From Eledone cirrhosa (Eukaryota): a DNA stretch of 64,000 nucleotides. Position 1 is the first letter of the stretch. Each line of letters starts with the position of its first letter. A program made the translations under genes and the position numbers. Location: positions 992,001 through 1,056,000 of the forward strand of contig OZ024757.1 in the NCBI GenBank assembly GCA_964016885.1, in the 5' to 3' direction. Below, one piece after another: positions 51,726-64,000 of the stretch. Below the pieces are notes generated by a model. That model was not told the origin of the DNA. It ran no database searches and worked only from the letters and a program-made list of their open reading frames with translations.

Positions 51726-54700
51726 ATCATCATCGTTTTTACATCCATTTTTCCATACTTGCATGGGTTGGACAGGGCCTTCTCACCACACCATCTCTCC
51801 ACTTGTCACGTTCCTTCATCATCTCCTCTTTCAGTCTCAGTGATTTAAGATCAGCTCTCACCACCTCTGCCCAGGTCTTCCTCTACTGCAACTTCCTTCC
51901 ACTGGGATTTCCTGGTATTTCTTCACCCATCAGTCATTGTCCATACGAACAGTCTTCTCTCCTGTACACCACCCCTGATCCCTCTTAAACCCAGCTTCTC
52001 CCTCAACTCATCCAAACTCTGCCTTTCTCTCACATTTACATGCCACATCCAACAAAGCATGGTGGCTTCTCGCCAGATTACGCATGTCTTCTACAGTCAC
52101 AGCCCAAGTCTCACCACCATGTAGCACCACAGCCCATGCCTCACCACCATGTAGCATCACAGCCCATGTCTCACCACCATGCAGCATCACATCCCATGTC
52201 TCACCACTATGTAGCATCACATCCCATGTCTCACCACCATGCAGCATCACACCTCATGTCTCACCACCATGTAGCATCACAGCCCATGTCACACCACCAT
52301 GTAGCATCACAGCCCATGACTCACCACCATGTAGCAACAGAGCCCATGTCTCATCACCATGTAGCATCACAGCCTCCACATGTCCTCTCCAGTCACATTC
52401 CATGTCTCACCACCATGTAGCATCTCAGCCCATGTCTCACCACCATGCTGCATCACACCCCATGTCTCATCACCATGCAGCATCACAGCCCATGTCTCAC
52501 CATCATGTAGCATCACAGCCCATGGCTCACCACCATGCAGCATCACAGCCCATGTCTCACCACCATGTAGCACCACAGCCCATGTCTCACCACCATGCAG
52601 CATCACACCTCATGTCTCACCACCATGTAGCATCACAGCCCATGTCTCACCACCATGTAGCACCACAGCCCATGTCTCATCACCATGTAGCATCACAGCC
52701 TCCACATGTCCTCTCCAGTCACATTCCATGTCTCACTACCATGTAGCATCTCAGCCCATGTCTCACCACCATGTAGTATCACTCCATGTCTCACCACCAT
52801 GCAGCATCACACCCCATGTCTCATCACCATGTAGCACCACAGCCCATGTCTCACCACCATGCAGCACCACAGCCCATGTCTCACCACCATGCAGCACCAC
52901 AGCCCATGTCTCATCAACATGCAGCATCACAGCCCATGTCTCACCACCATGCTGCATCACACCCCATGTCTCATCACCATGTAGCATCACAGCCAATGTC
53001 TCAGCACGATGTAGCATCTCAGCCCAAGTCTCACCACCATGTATAATCACAGCCCATGACTCACCACCATGTAGCAACAGAACCCATGTCTCACCACCAT
53101 GTAGCACCACAGCCCATGTCTAAACACCATGCAGCATCACACCTCATGTCTCACCACCATGTAGCATCACAGCCCATGTCTCACCACCATGCAGCATCAC
53201 ACCCCATGTCTCACCACCATGCAGCACCACAGCCCATGTCTAAACACCATGCAGCATCACACCTCATGTCTCACCACCATGTAGCATCACAGCCCATGTC
53301 TCACCACCATGCAGCATCACACCCCATGTCTCACCACCATGCAGCACCACAGCCCATGTCTCATCAACATGCAGCATCACAGCCCATGTCTCACCACCAT
53401 GCTGCATCACACCCCATGTCTCATCACCATGTAGCATCACAGCCAATGTCTCACCACGATGTAGCATCTCAGCCCATGTCTCACCACCATGTATAATCAC
53501 AGCCCATGACTCACCACCATGTAGCAACAGAGCCCATGTCTCACCACCATGTAGCACCACAGCCCATGTCTAAACACCATGCAGCATCACACCTCATGTC
53601 TCACCACCATGTAGCATCTCAGCCCATGTCTCACCACCATGCTGCATCACAGCTCATGTCTCACCACCATGCAGCATCACAGCCCATGTCTCACCACCAT
53701 GTAGCATCACACCCCATGTCTCAACACCATGCAGCATCACAGCCCATGTCTCACCACCATGCAGCATCACACCTCATGTCTCACCACCATGTAGCATCAC
53801 AGCCCATGTCTCACCACCATGTAGCACCACAGCCCATGTCTCATCACCATGTAGCATCACAGCCTCCACATGTCCTCTCCAGTCACATTCCATGTCTCAC
53901 TACCATGTAGCATCTCAGCCCATGTCTCACCACCATGTAGTATCACAGTCCATGTCTCACCACCATGCAGCATCACACCCCATGTCTCATCACCATGTAG
54001 CACCACAGCCCATGTCTCACCACCATGCAGCACCACAGCCCATGTCTCACCACCATGCAGCACCACAGCCCATGTCTCATCAACATGCAGCATCACAGCC
54101 CATGTCTCACCACCATGCTGCATCACACCCCATGTCTCATCACCATGTAGCATCACAGCCAATGTCTCACCACGATGTAGCATCTCAGCCCATGTCTCAC
54201 CACCATGTATAATCACAGCCCATGACTCACCACCATGTAGCAACAGAGCCCATGTCTCACCACCATGTAGCACCACAGCCCATGTCTAAACACCATGCAG
54301 CATCACACCTCATGTCTCACCACCATGTAGCATCACAGCCCATGTCTCACCACCATGCAGCATCACACCCCATGTCTCATCACCATGTAGCACCACAGCC
54401 CATGTCTCATCACCATGTAGCATCACAGCCTCCACATGTCCTCTCCAGTCACATTCCATGTCTCACCACCATGTAGCATCTCAGCCCATGTCTCACCACC
54501 ATGCAGCATCACAGCTCATGTCTCACCACCATGTAGCATCACAGCCCATGTCTCACCACCATGCAGCACCACAGCCCATGTCTCACCACCATGCAGCATC
54601 ACACCCCATGTTTCATAACCATGCATAATCACATCCCATGTCTCACCACCATGCTGCATCACAGCCCATGTCTTACCACCATGTAGTATCACAGCCCATG

Positions 54701-56325
54701 TCTCACCACCATGCAGCATCACAGCCCATGTCTCACCACCATGCAGCATCACAGCCCATGTCTTACCACCATGTAGCAACAGAGCCCATGTCTCACCACC
54801 ATGTAGCAACAGAGCCCATGTCTCACCACCATGTAGCACCACAGCTCATGTCTCACCACCATGCAGCATCACAGCCCATGTCTCACCACCATGTAGCATC
54901 ACACCCCATGTCTGATCACCATGCAGCATCACAGCCTATGTCTCACCACAATGCTGCATAACACCCCATGTTTCACCATCATGCAGCATCACAGCCCATT
55001 TCTCACCACCATGTAGCAACAGAGTCCATGTCTCACCACCATGTATCACCACAGCTCATGTCTCACCACCATACAGCATCCCAGCCCATGTCTCACCACC
55101 ATGTAGCATCACAGTCCATGTCCCACCACCATGTAGCATCACCGCCCATGTCTCACCACCATGCAGCATCACAGCCCATGTCTCACCACCATGTAGTATC
55201 ACAGCCCATGTCTCACCACCATACAGCATCACAGCCCATGTCTCACCACCATGTAGCATCACAGCCCATGTCTCACCACCATGCAGCATCACACCCCATG
55301 TCTCACCACCATGTAGTATCACTGCCCATGTCTCACCAGCATGTAGTATCACAGCCCATGTCTCACCACCATGCAGCATCACAGCCCATGACTCACCACC
55401 ATGCAGCAACAGAACCCATGTCTCACCACCATGCAGAATTACAGCCCATGTTTCACCACCATGTAGCATCACTGCCCACGTCTCACCACCATGCAGCATC
55501 ACAGCCCATGTCTCACCACCATGCAGCATCACAGCCCATGTCTCACCACTATGTAGCAGTACAGCCCATGACTCACCACCATGTAGCAACAGAACCCATG
55601 TCTCACCACCATGCAGCATTACAGCCCATGCCTCACCACCATGTAGCATCACTGCCCATGTCTCACCACCATGCAGCATCACAGCCCATGTCTCACCACC
55701 ATGCAGCATCACAGCCCATGTCTCACCACTATGTAGCATCACAGCCCATGTCTCACTGCTATGTAGCATCACAGCCTCCACTTCTCCTCTCCAGCACATT
55801 CCATGTCTCACCACCATGTAGCATCTCAGCCCATTTCTCACCACCATGCAGCACCACAGCCCATGTCTCACCACCATGCAACATCACACCCCATGTCTCA
55901 TCACCATGTAGCATCACAGCCCATGTCTCACCACCATGCAGCATCACAGCTGATGTCTCACCATCATGTAGTATCACAGTCCATGTCGCACCACCATGTA
56001 GCACCTCAGCCCATATCTCAACACGATGTAGCATCACATCCCATGTCTCACCACCATGTAGCATCACATCCCATGTCTCACCACCATGTAGCATCACATC
56101 CATGTCTCACCACCATGCAGGATCACAGGCCATGTAGCATCACACTTCACACACAGGCGTCATACAGCCGTCCTTTTGTACGTAGGGAGAAACCTTTTGT
56201 TGTCAGTCATGGAAGTAGTTCTCTAAACTCCTTCCATCCTCTTCTCATTCTAACCATTATACTCTCAGATCTCCCTCCTCTGCTGTTAATTAGGTTACCT
56301 AGGCAGCAGAAGCTATCAACCAAGT
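51725..56325 (-). mobile_element. Old RTE LINE 3' fragment inflated by an internal minisatellite
   Basis: RTE coding remnants at 56140-56325 (FCCLG, GFSLRTKGRLYDACV) and 51790-52100; (GAT)n tail at 51725. Confidence 0.85.
52096..56140. repeat. 30-bp minisatellite, about 130 units, derived from the RTE motif MLHGSETWA
   Basis: The minus-strand unit encodes MLHGGETWAV. Confidence 0.95.
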
Positions 56326-56403
56326 CAAACAACAGATAAAACATAATCAAATATGTATGTTTAAGTAAAACTTTCATATTAACAGAGGATTTTAAGACAG
56401 GTT

Positions 56404-57155
56404 GATAGCGGGGCTAAGACACTGGAATAGCAAAATACCCTCAATATGAACAGCACCTGATACTTCGGTAAGACTGAGTGATAGCGAGGCTAAGACACTG
56501 GAATAGCAAAATACCCTCAATATGAACAGCACCTGATACTTCGGTAAGACTGAGTGATAGCGAGGCTAAGACACTGGAATAGCAAAGTACTCTCAATATG
56601 AACAGCACCTGATACTTCGGTAAGACTGAGTGATAGCGAGGCTAAGACACTGGAATAGCAAAATACCCTCAATATGAACAGCACCTGATACTTCGGTAAG
56701 ACTGAGTGATAGCGAGGCTAAGACACTGGAATAGCAAAATACCCTCAATATGAACAGCACCTGATACTTCGGTAAGACTGAGTGATAGCGAGGCTAAGAC
56801 ACTGGAATAGCAAAGTACTCTCAATATGAACAGCACCTGATACTTCGGTAAGACTGAGTGATAGCGAGGCTAAGATACTGGAATAACCAAGTACCCTCAA
56901 TATGTGCATCATCTGATACTTCGGTATAGCCAGGTGATGGCGAGACTAAGTCACTGGAATAGCTAAGTACCCTTACCAAGAACAGCACCTGATGCATCAG
57001 TAAAGCCCGGTAATGGTGAGGCTAAGACACTGGAATAGCGAAGTACCCTCACCAGGAGCAGCACCTGATGCATCAATAAAGCCTGGTGATGGCGAGACTA
57101 AGACACTAGAATAGCCAAGTACCCTCACCAGGAGCAGCACCTTATTCTTCAGTAA
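56404..57155. repeat. 76-bp tandem repeat, about 10 units
   Basis: gatagcg recurs at 56404, 56480, 56556 and onward; right-hand units are diverged. Confidence 0.92.
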
Positions 57156-58207
57156 AGTAAGCCCCCAATAATGTCAAAAAGTTTTGTTGACAGTAGACTC
57201 CCCTCACTCACCTCACCAAAGAACGTCTCGAATGGAACAGATTGAAAAATGTAATTTATAATAGGAATACCCCCTCCCCCCCCCCCCCCCCATTTTACAT
57301 ATCAAAGTTAGCTTGGTAATTGGATTTGAAAAGTTATACATGTCTAACCCATGCTAGCGTAGAAGCTAGACGTTAAACGATGATGATGATGATGATGATA
57401 GATACAGGTATTACATTAAAAATGTCTAACCGTCCTAAAACTGAAAATCCTAGCTGAGTGCCCAAATAAATTGCTACGGCCGTCGCTGGTGGGGTCCCTA
57501 ATTCCAGGGGGCTCGGGGAAGTTGTCCCCTTTACCTCTCATTAAATCTGGCCCTGCTCAGATGTCTACCTCCAGACCTAAACTGTCGTTTTCTTCCTCAA
57601 AATTGGGAGGAGTGCATCTGGTCTGAGGACGGAGTCCCGTGAGGTGGAGTGACTGTTCTTCGTGACAGTAATTCCACCATTTTATCTGCTGTGTGCAGCT
57701 ATGACATAACACCCTGGGGTGGAAGGCTGACTGCTCCCTTCCTGCTTTAATTTACTTTCATTACTTAATTTTATTCTATTTTATTGCAAACAAATATATA
57801 ATTCAATAGAAATTGTTTTAATAAAATATATTCCATTTTAATTATACTAAATAAGAAATTTTACGGAGAGAATACGAAAACGTGACTGAGAATATGTGGC
57901 TAACTATCACGTGTTATGAATAAAATCCGCGAAGTTGGATGTTTTCAATTCACGTAAATACTACAAAACTTAACTTTATTTTTTATATCATATCAGCCAC
58001 TTCAACGTACATAATTAATTTACATAATTAATATAATTTACAGATGAAAAAATAATAGAAATTAATTAGAGTAATAAGGAAAAACAAAACTTGAGAAGAC
58101 ACCCCAAGACATTCCTGACATTGTCGCAGTTAATAATGGAGCTAAGGTGTTTTATTAACCAAATACCTTTATTATGATTGTGTGATATTTTAGTTAAGAG
58201 AGACGTC

Positions 58208-60408
58208 AGTAGCAGTAGAGACTTCTGGTGTCCTTGGCCCTAGGACCACCTTCCTACTCACCACCATTGGCTTTTGGTATCCTTGGCCTTAGGACCACCT
58301 CCCTACTCACTACCATTGGCTTCTGGTGTCCTTGGCCCTAGGACCACCTCCCTACTCACCACCATTGGCTTCTGGTGTCCTTGGCCCTAGGATCACCTCC
58401 CTACTCACCACCATTGGCTTCTTGTGTCCTTGACCCTAGGATCACCTCCCTACTCACCACCATCAGCTTCTGGAGTCCTTGTCCCTAGGACCACCTCCCT
58501 ACTCACCACCATTGGCTTTTGGTATCCTTGGCCCTAGGACCACCTCCCTACTCACCACCATTGGCTTCTGGTGTCCTTGGCCCTAGGACCACCTCCCTAC
58601 TCACCACCATTGGCTTTTGGTATCCTTGGCCCTAGGACCACCTCCCTACTCACCACCATTGGCTTCTGGTGTCCTTGGCCCTAGGACCACCTCCCTACTC
58701 ACCACCATTGGCTTCTGGTGTCCTTGGCCCTCGGACCAGCCCCTACTCACCACCATTAGCTTCTGGTGTCCTTGGCCCTAGGACCACCTCCCTACTCACC
58801 ACCATCAGCTTCTGGTGTCCTTAACCCTAGGATCACCTCCCTACTCACCACCATTGGCTTCTGGTGTACTTGGCCCTCGGACCAGCCCCTACTCACCACC
58901 ATTGGCTTCTGATGTCCTTGGCCCTCGGACCAGCCCCTACTCACCACCATTGGCTTCTGGTGTCCTTGGCCCTAGGACCACCTCCCTACTTACCACTATC
59001 AGCTTCTGGTGTCCTTGACCCTAGGATCACCTCCCTACTCACCACCATCAGCTTCTGGTGTCCTTGACCCTAGGATCACCTCCCTACTCACCACCATCAG
59101 CTTCTGGTGTCCTTGGCCCTAGGACCACCTCCCTACTCACCACCATTGGCTTTTGGTATCCTTGGCCTTAGGACCACCTCCCTACTCACTACCATTGGCT
59201 TCTGGTGTCCTTGGCCCTAGGACCACCTCCCTACTCACCACCATTGGCTTCTGGTGTCCTTGGCCCTAGGACCACCTCCCTACTCACCACCATTGGCTTC
59301 TGGTGTCCTTGACCCTAGGACCACCTCCCTACTCACCACCATTGGCTTATGGTGTCCTTGGCCCTCGGACCAGCCCCTACTCACCACCATTGGCTTCTGA
59401 TGTCCTTGGGCCTCGGACCAGCCCCTACTCACCACCATTGACTTCTGGTGTCCTTGGCCCTAGCACCACCTCCCTACTCACCACCATTGGCTTCTGGTGT
59501 CCTTAACCCTAGGATCACCTCCCTACTCACCACCATCAGCTTCTGGAGTCCTTGGCCCTAGGACCACCTCCCTACTCACCACCATTGGCTTCTGATGTCC
59601 TTGGGCCTCGGACCAGCCCCTACTCACCACCATTGACTTCTGGTGTCCTTGGCCCTAGCACCACCTCCCTACTCACCACCATTGGCTTATGGTGTCCTTG
59701 GCCCTCGGACCAGCCCCTACTCACCACCATTGGCTTCTGATGTCCTTGGGCCTCGGACCAGCCCCTACTCACCACCATCAGCTTCTGGTGTCCTTAACCC
59801 TAGCACCACCTCCCTACTCACCACCATCAGCTTCTGGTGTCCTTAACCCTAGGATCACCTCCCTACTCACCACCATCAGCTTCTGGTGTCCTTGGCCCTA
59901 GGACCACCTCCCTACTCACCACCATTGGCTTCTGGTGTCCTTGGCCCTCGGACCAGCCCCTACTCACCACCATTGGCTTCTGGTGTCCTTGGCCCTCGGA
60001 CCAGCCCCTACTCACCACCATCAGCTTCTGGTGTCCTTGGCCCTAGGACCACCTCCCTACTCACCACCATCAGCTTCTGGTGTCCTTGGCCCTAGGATCA
60101 CCTCCCTACACACCACCATCAGCTTCTGGTGTCCTTGGCCCTAGGATCACCTCCCTACACACCACCATCAGCTTCTGGTGTCCTTGGCCCTAGGATCACC
60201 TCCCTACTCACCACCATTGGCTTCTGGTGTCCTTGGCCCTAGGACCACCTCCCTACTTACCACCACAGAGGTGGCTACCCACAGGTGTAAGCCTCGTGAG
60301 CTGGAATGGCTCTTCCAACACGTCTCCCTCACCAGTCGCCGGGGAAACGCCTTCTCTATTCTGTCCGCCGGGGCCGCGGGGAGACTAACTGATGGGACCC
60401 CATACTAG
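58208..60408 (+). mobile_element. CRE-like (RLE-type) non-LTR retrotransposon 3' fragment inflated by a minisatellite
   Basis: The flanks join to VAVETSGVLGPRTTSLLTT..EVA....PRELEWLFQHVSL..RRGNAFSIL, the typical CRE-clade endonuclease C-terminus. Confidence 0.8.
58222..60265. repeat. 49-bp (with 46-bp variant) minisatellite, about 42 units
   Basis: cttctggtgtccttggccctaggaccacctccctactcaccaccattgg. Confidence 0.95.
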
Positions 60409-63400
60409 TGAGAGATTGGGAGAGCGAGAGAGACGGAGACCGTGAATGAAAGAGAGAGAACTTCAACACTTTTTCATTTATGTTAGACAGAAACTACGTT
60501 GTCAGCCTCCCCTAACGTCTCCAACACAAGTAAGATGTTTTTTAAATGTTAGTTGATGTAATTTATTTTAACCCTAGGTTTTATATGGTGGCATTTATTT
60601 AGGGTCTTTCATTACATTAATACTTTCTTTATTGAAAGTGGGTGGGGGTGCCCGGCGTAATATTTTTTATGGTAAAAATCCATTTCTCGGTGTTTGTCAT
60701 GGCATGTTCATAGTGTAAATGTCAGACTAACCAAGCCGAACTTGACCATTTCATGTTATTTAGCATTTATGACATTGTATATCTTGAACTACATCTCGTA
60801 ACATGTCAGTATTTAACAGAATATAGAGTGGAGTTAAATTTGAGGGAGATATAGCTACTGTGTTTACCACTTGGTTAGGCACCATATGTAGATGTTATTC
60901 AGTTGTGTAGCTCCAGTTCCACTCATCTTCAATATAAATATCATAACTGTATTTATTTAACACCAAGAAACAAATGTAAACAAAATACGGTTATTCTTTA
61001 CAATTACACCCACCTCGTGTTAGAGGTGGAATTTGTGTGTTTTTCTAAGGTTTTTGTCACTTATCACCCTGTCAAATCACACCACACTTGTCATAACTTC
61101 ATACTTATTGCCCTTCTATCGCTCCCACTCAACCTCCACAGAGCAGGGAGGGGCTCATCCGTTGGGACAAGAACAACAACCTATCTAGCGGTGGTGCCAC
61201 AATAATGCACACTTGAAGGTGGCAACAGGAAAGGTACCTCGGCTGCAGAAACCATGTCTAAAAAGAGTTGAGAAGACCAATACCATGTAGTTGTGTCAAC
61301 CTCCCTACTGTTGGTGATCTACACGATAAATACACCCAGTACACTCTGTAAATTGGTTGGTGTTAGGAAGGGTATCCAGCTATTGAAGCATTCCCAAAGA
61401 AAGGGTTGTGAGGACCCATCATGATAACCTCTCTTGTACTGGAGCACTTCGTAGAATGTGAGGTCATACATGAGATGCAGAACCCTGTCTGAGAGATCAT
61501 TAGCCCTGCTTCATGAAAACCCTTCTTACCTTTGCTATCAGGTTATTTTAGTTAACTGCAACTGGCACTCCATATCCCCCAGGTGTGGGTGTGGAGTGTA
61601 GAGTGACAGGTGGGGGTGTAGGGAGCAGGTCGGGGTAGAGGGACAAGTGGGTGTGGAGGTAGAGGGAGGCAGGAGTTAGTAGCATTAGTGATGTTAGGGG
61701 TGTTAGTAGTGGTTTAGTTAGTGCTGTGGGTGGGGTTAAAAATGTAGGAAAGTATTACAGGTTTAACTGGTAAAATGGTTGGGTGGTGGGGGTGATCAAG
61801 GCTAAAGGAAGTGTGGGGGGGGGGTTAGACCGATTCCAGTCCAGGTCTGGAAAAAAAAAATAGTCCACTACTCATATCTCAGGTGTGAATTAGGGGCCCC
61901 AGAGCACGCAATGAGGGTTGATCATATGAATATATTGCCTGATCTATATCATATCAATATATTGATCTATAGCAGTTGGGTTCAATCAAACTGTCTTCCT
62001 CAGAAACAATGTTTACCGCTTTTTCTCTATCTCCAGGGGGTGATACTTGACCACACTGACATATCTAGATACAGACTCCTGCCAACACCACCCTCTCTCT
62101 GTAAAGTTATGTTGGTACCACAACATCCAGTTCAAACTAATGACATTGTGTAGGTGTCATGACAAAAAAACACACAGTCCACGTTGTAATGTGGCCGTGT
62201 AGGTAACACGGTAAAAAGCTCCCAGTCCACACTGTAAATGTGGTTGGTGTTAGGAAGGGCATCTAGCCGTAGAAAACCTGCCAGACAGTCCTATCCAGGG
62301 AGATAGTCACCCGACCAATCTTGCCTCAAGTGGGACAACTCCCGTCTAATCCATGTTAACGTGTAAGATAGATGTTAAACGATGATGATGTATCAGATGA
62401 ACTAAAGATTCAAATCTTTCTAGGTAGCTAATGAAATGGCTGATAAACAGCAGCAGCCAAATTTACCTGATTTTGAAAAACACGTTTCTTCAGATTCTTT
62501 TGATAATGATTCATCATGAAAGATATCAAAAACTATGTAAATCAGACAAATTCCTCGTTGAAAGTATCGGCCCTTAACCTGAAGAGCTGGAAACTGGGGA
62601 GGTACAGTTTCATGTTCCTTATTATCTGGAGAACCTTGTGGGGATGATGACACAGGTGCTAAAAGCTAGACATTCCACCAAGGTTAACTTTGTCTTTCAT
62701 CCTTACGGGGTCGATAAAATAAAGTACCAGTAATGTACTGGGGTAGTTGCTCGCCTTGTGCTAAAAGTAGAAACAATTATAAATATCTCTTCAATGATGC
62801 TGAATTGTGGAGAAGTTTAAGAAACTCTCAGGTAGGTTAACTTTTCACATTCAGTTTCTCTACATAAATTCTACATATAATAATAAGGAAATTATTGTGT
62901 ACTGTGCTCAGGTGCACTACAACTCATCAAAGGTGCATGTATAGTACATAGAATAATGTACAAATGTCAGGTAAATGAACAGTGTATGAGTCATGATATA
63001 CATATTTTTATTGATATATGAAAGAGTCAGGACTCCGACGGCTGAGCTCTTGCCTTTTCAACAGTTATTTTTATTGGTATAGAATTATAGAAAACTAGGA
63101 GAGATTTTATATCTGGGATGGGGTACCTTTTTATGTTGCAATACTGCAGAGAAATGAACTGAGATCTAACAAGGCCGGCCACATTGTGTAAAATATTATT
63201 TCGGGGTCATTCTACTGAAATTCAACAGCGGTCTGTGCCAGAGTTCTTCACATTTTCACCAATTATTGATATCGATGAGAGAAGTAATTCCTGAAAATTT
63301 CAGCTCCATAGCTCCTACTAATCAGATTTATAGCCATTTAAAGATTTGAGCAATTTCCAAAATTTTGAAAGTATTGAATTTATTTGATTTTTAAAGGCCT

Positions 63401-64000
63401 AGTACTCCAAGTGGCTTTTATCCCATGCCTTTGGAACTGGATTTCCTTAATCTCCACCATCTGAGGTCCTTCAGGCACTATGAGCCAATTGCTTTAAGCT
63501 GACCATTTTAAACAATTGTTAAATGAAAATTTGAAAAATCACAAAAATCCAGGTTTGGGACCTATTAAAAAAGAATACTCAAAGTTTAGGTGACACTGAA
63601 TAGCAATAACTGTTGAGCATCACTGTTGAGCATCCCATCTTCTCTAATTATGGAGTATGGCCTGGAAACTTGACAGAACATTTGAATTGAGTTATCCAAA
63701 GGCCTCATTTTCAGTGTATGAAGGGGGTTAAATGTGGAAAAACTGAAATGCAAACAATCACAATCATTTATTAATTTTTGAACCATGATAACTTGTCACA
63801 AAGTTGAAACCATATAAAACTTTATTCTGAAAATACACCTGGAGGTGAAGCTAGAATAACAGACAAAGTATTTTAAATCGATGTAAGGATTTATTCAAAT
63901 CCCCTGAAAATGACTCAAAATGGGAATTCCTGCTTTTTCGGGATAGTTCAGAGCCCCAAAAGTCAATGTGCAACAATTCAGTAACATTTACATTACTCTA

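Noticed and set aside
52040-56339. His-rich (MSHHHVASQP)n ORFs as a real gene
   Set aside because: Antisense reading of an RTE-derived minisatellite; no splice or expression evidence.
56404-57155. CRISPR-like appearance of this and the other regular arrays
   Set aside because: No unique spacers, no cas genes, eukaryotic context.
63100-63960. Possible DNA-transposon remnant (also near 38899 and 57480-57555)
   Set aside because: No paired TIRs or TSDs could be demonstrated.

Overview
Repeat-saturated, AT-rich animal genomic DNA. The microsatellite density, RTE LINEs, tRNA-derived SINEs and Penelope-like elements suggest a mollusc, probably a coleoid cephalopod; this is inference only. One host gene is recognisable: a + strand ODF3/SHIPPO-1 (CIMAP1)-family PGP-repeat gene with three phase-compatible coding exons (29796-29900, 41742-41852, 45915-46408). 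Its first exon is uncertain. The rest is mobile DNA and satellites. (1) A young, near-intact Neptune-type Penelope-like element (PLE; RT + GIY-YIG) in partial-tandem plus inverted-pLTR form. It has a variant hammerhead ribozyme and an HIV-like U_UUU_UUA slippery site at its ORF1/RT junction. (2) About ten further PLE-derived fold-back insertions, almost all in (TA)n tracts, with 3' ends pointing outward and often carrying type I hammerhead motifs. (3) RTE LINEs of two types, two SINE families, a non-autonomous LTR element, a mariner derivative, piggyBac-like MITEs, and Vingi-like and CRE-like LINE fragments. (4) Six minisatellite arrays, two of which derive from LINE coding sequence. Family assignments come from motif recognition by eye; no database search or folding program was run.
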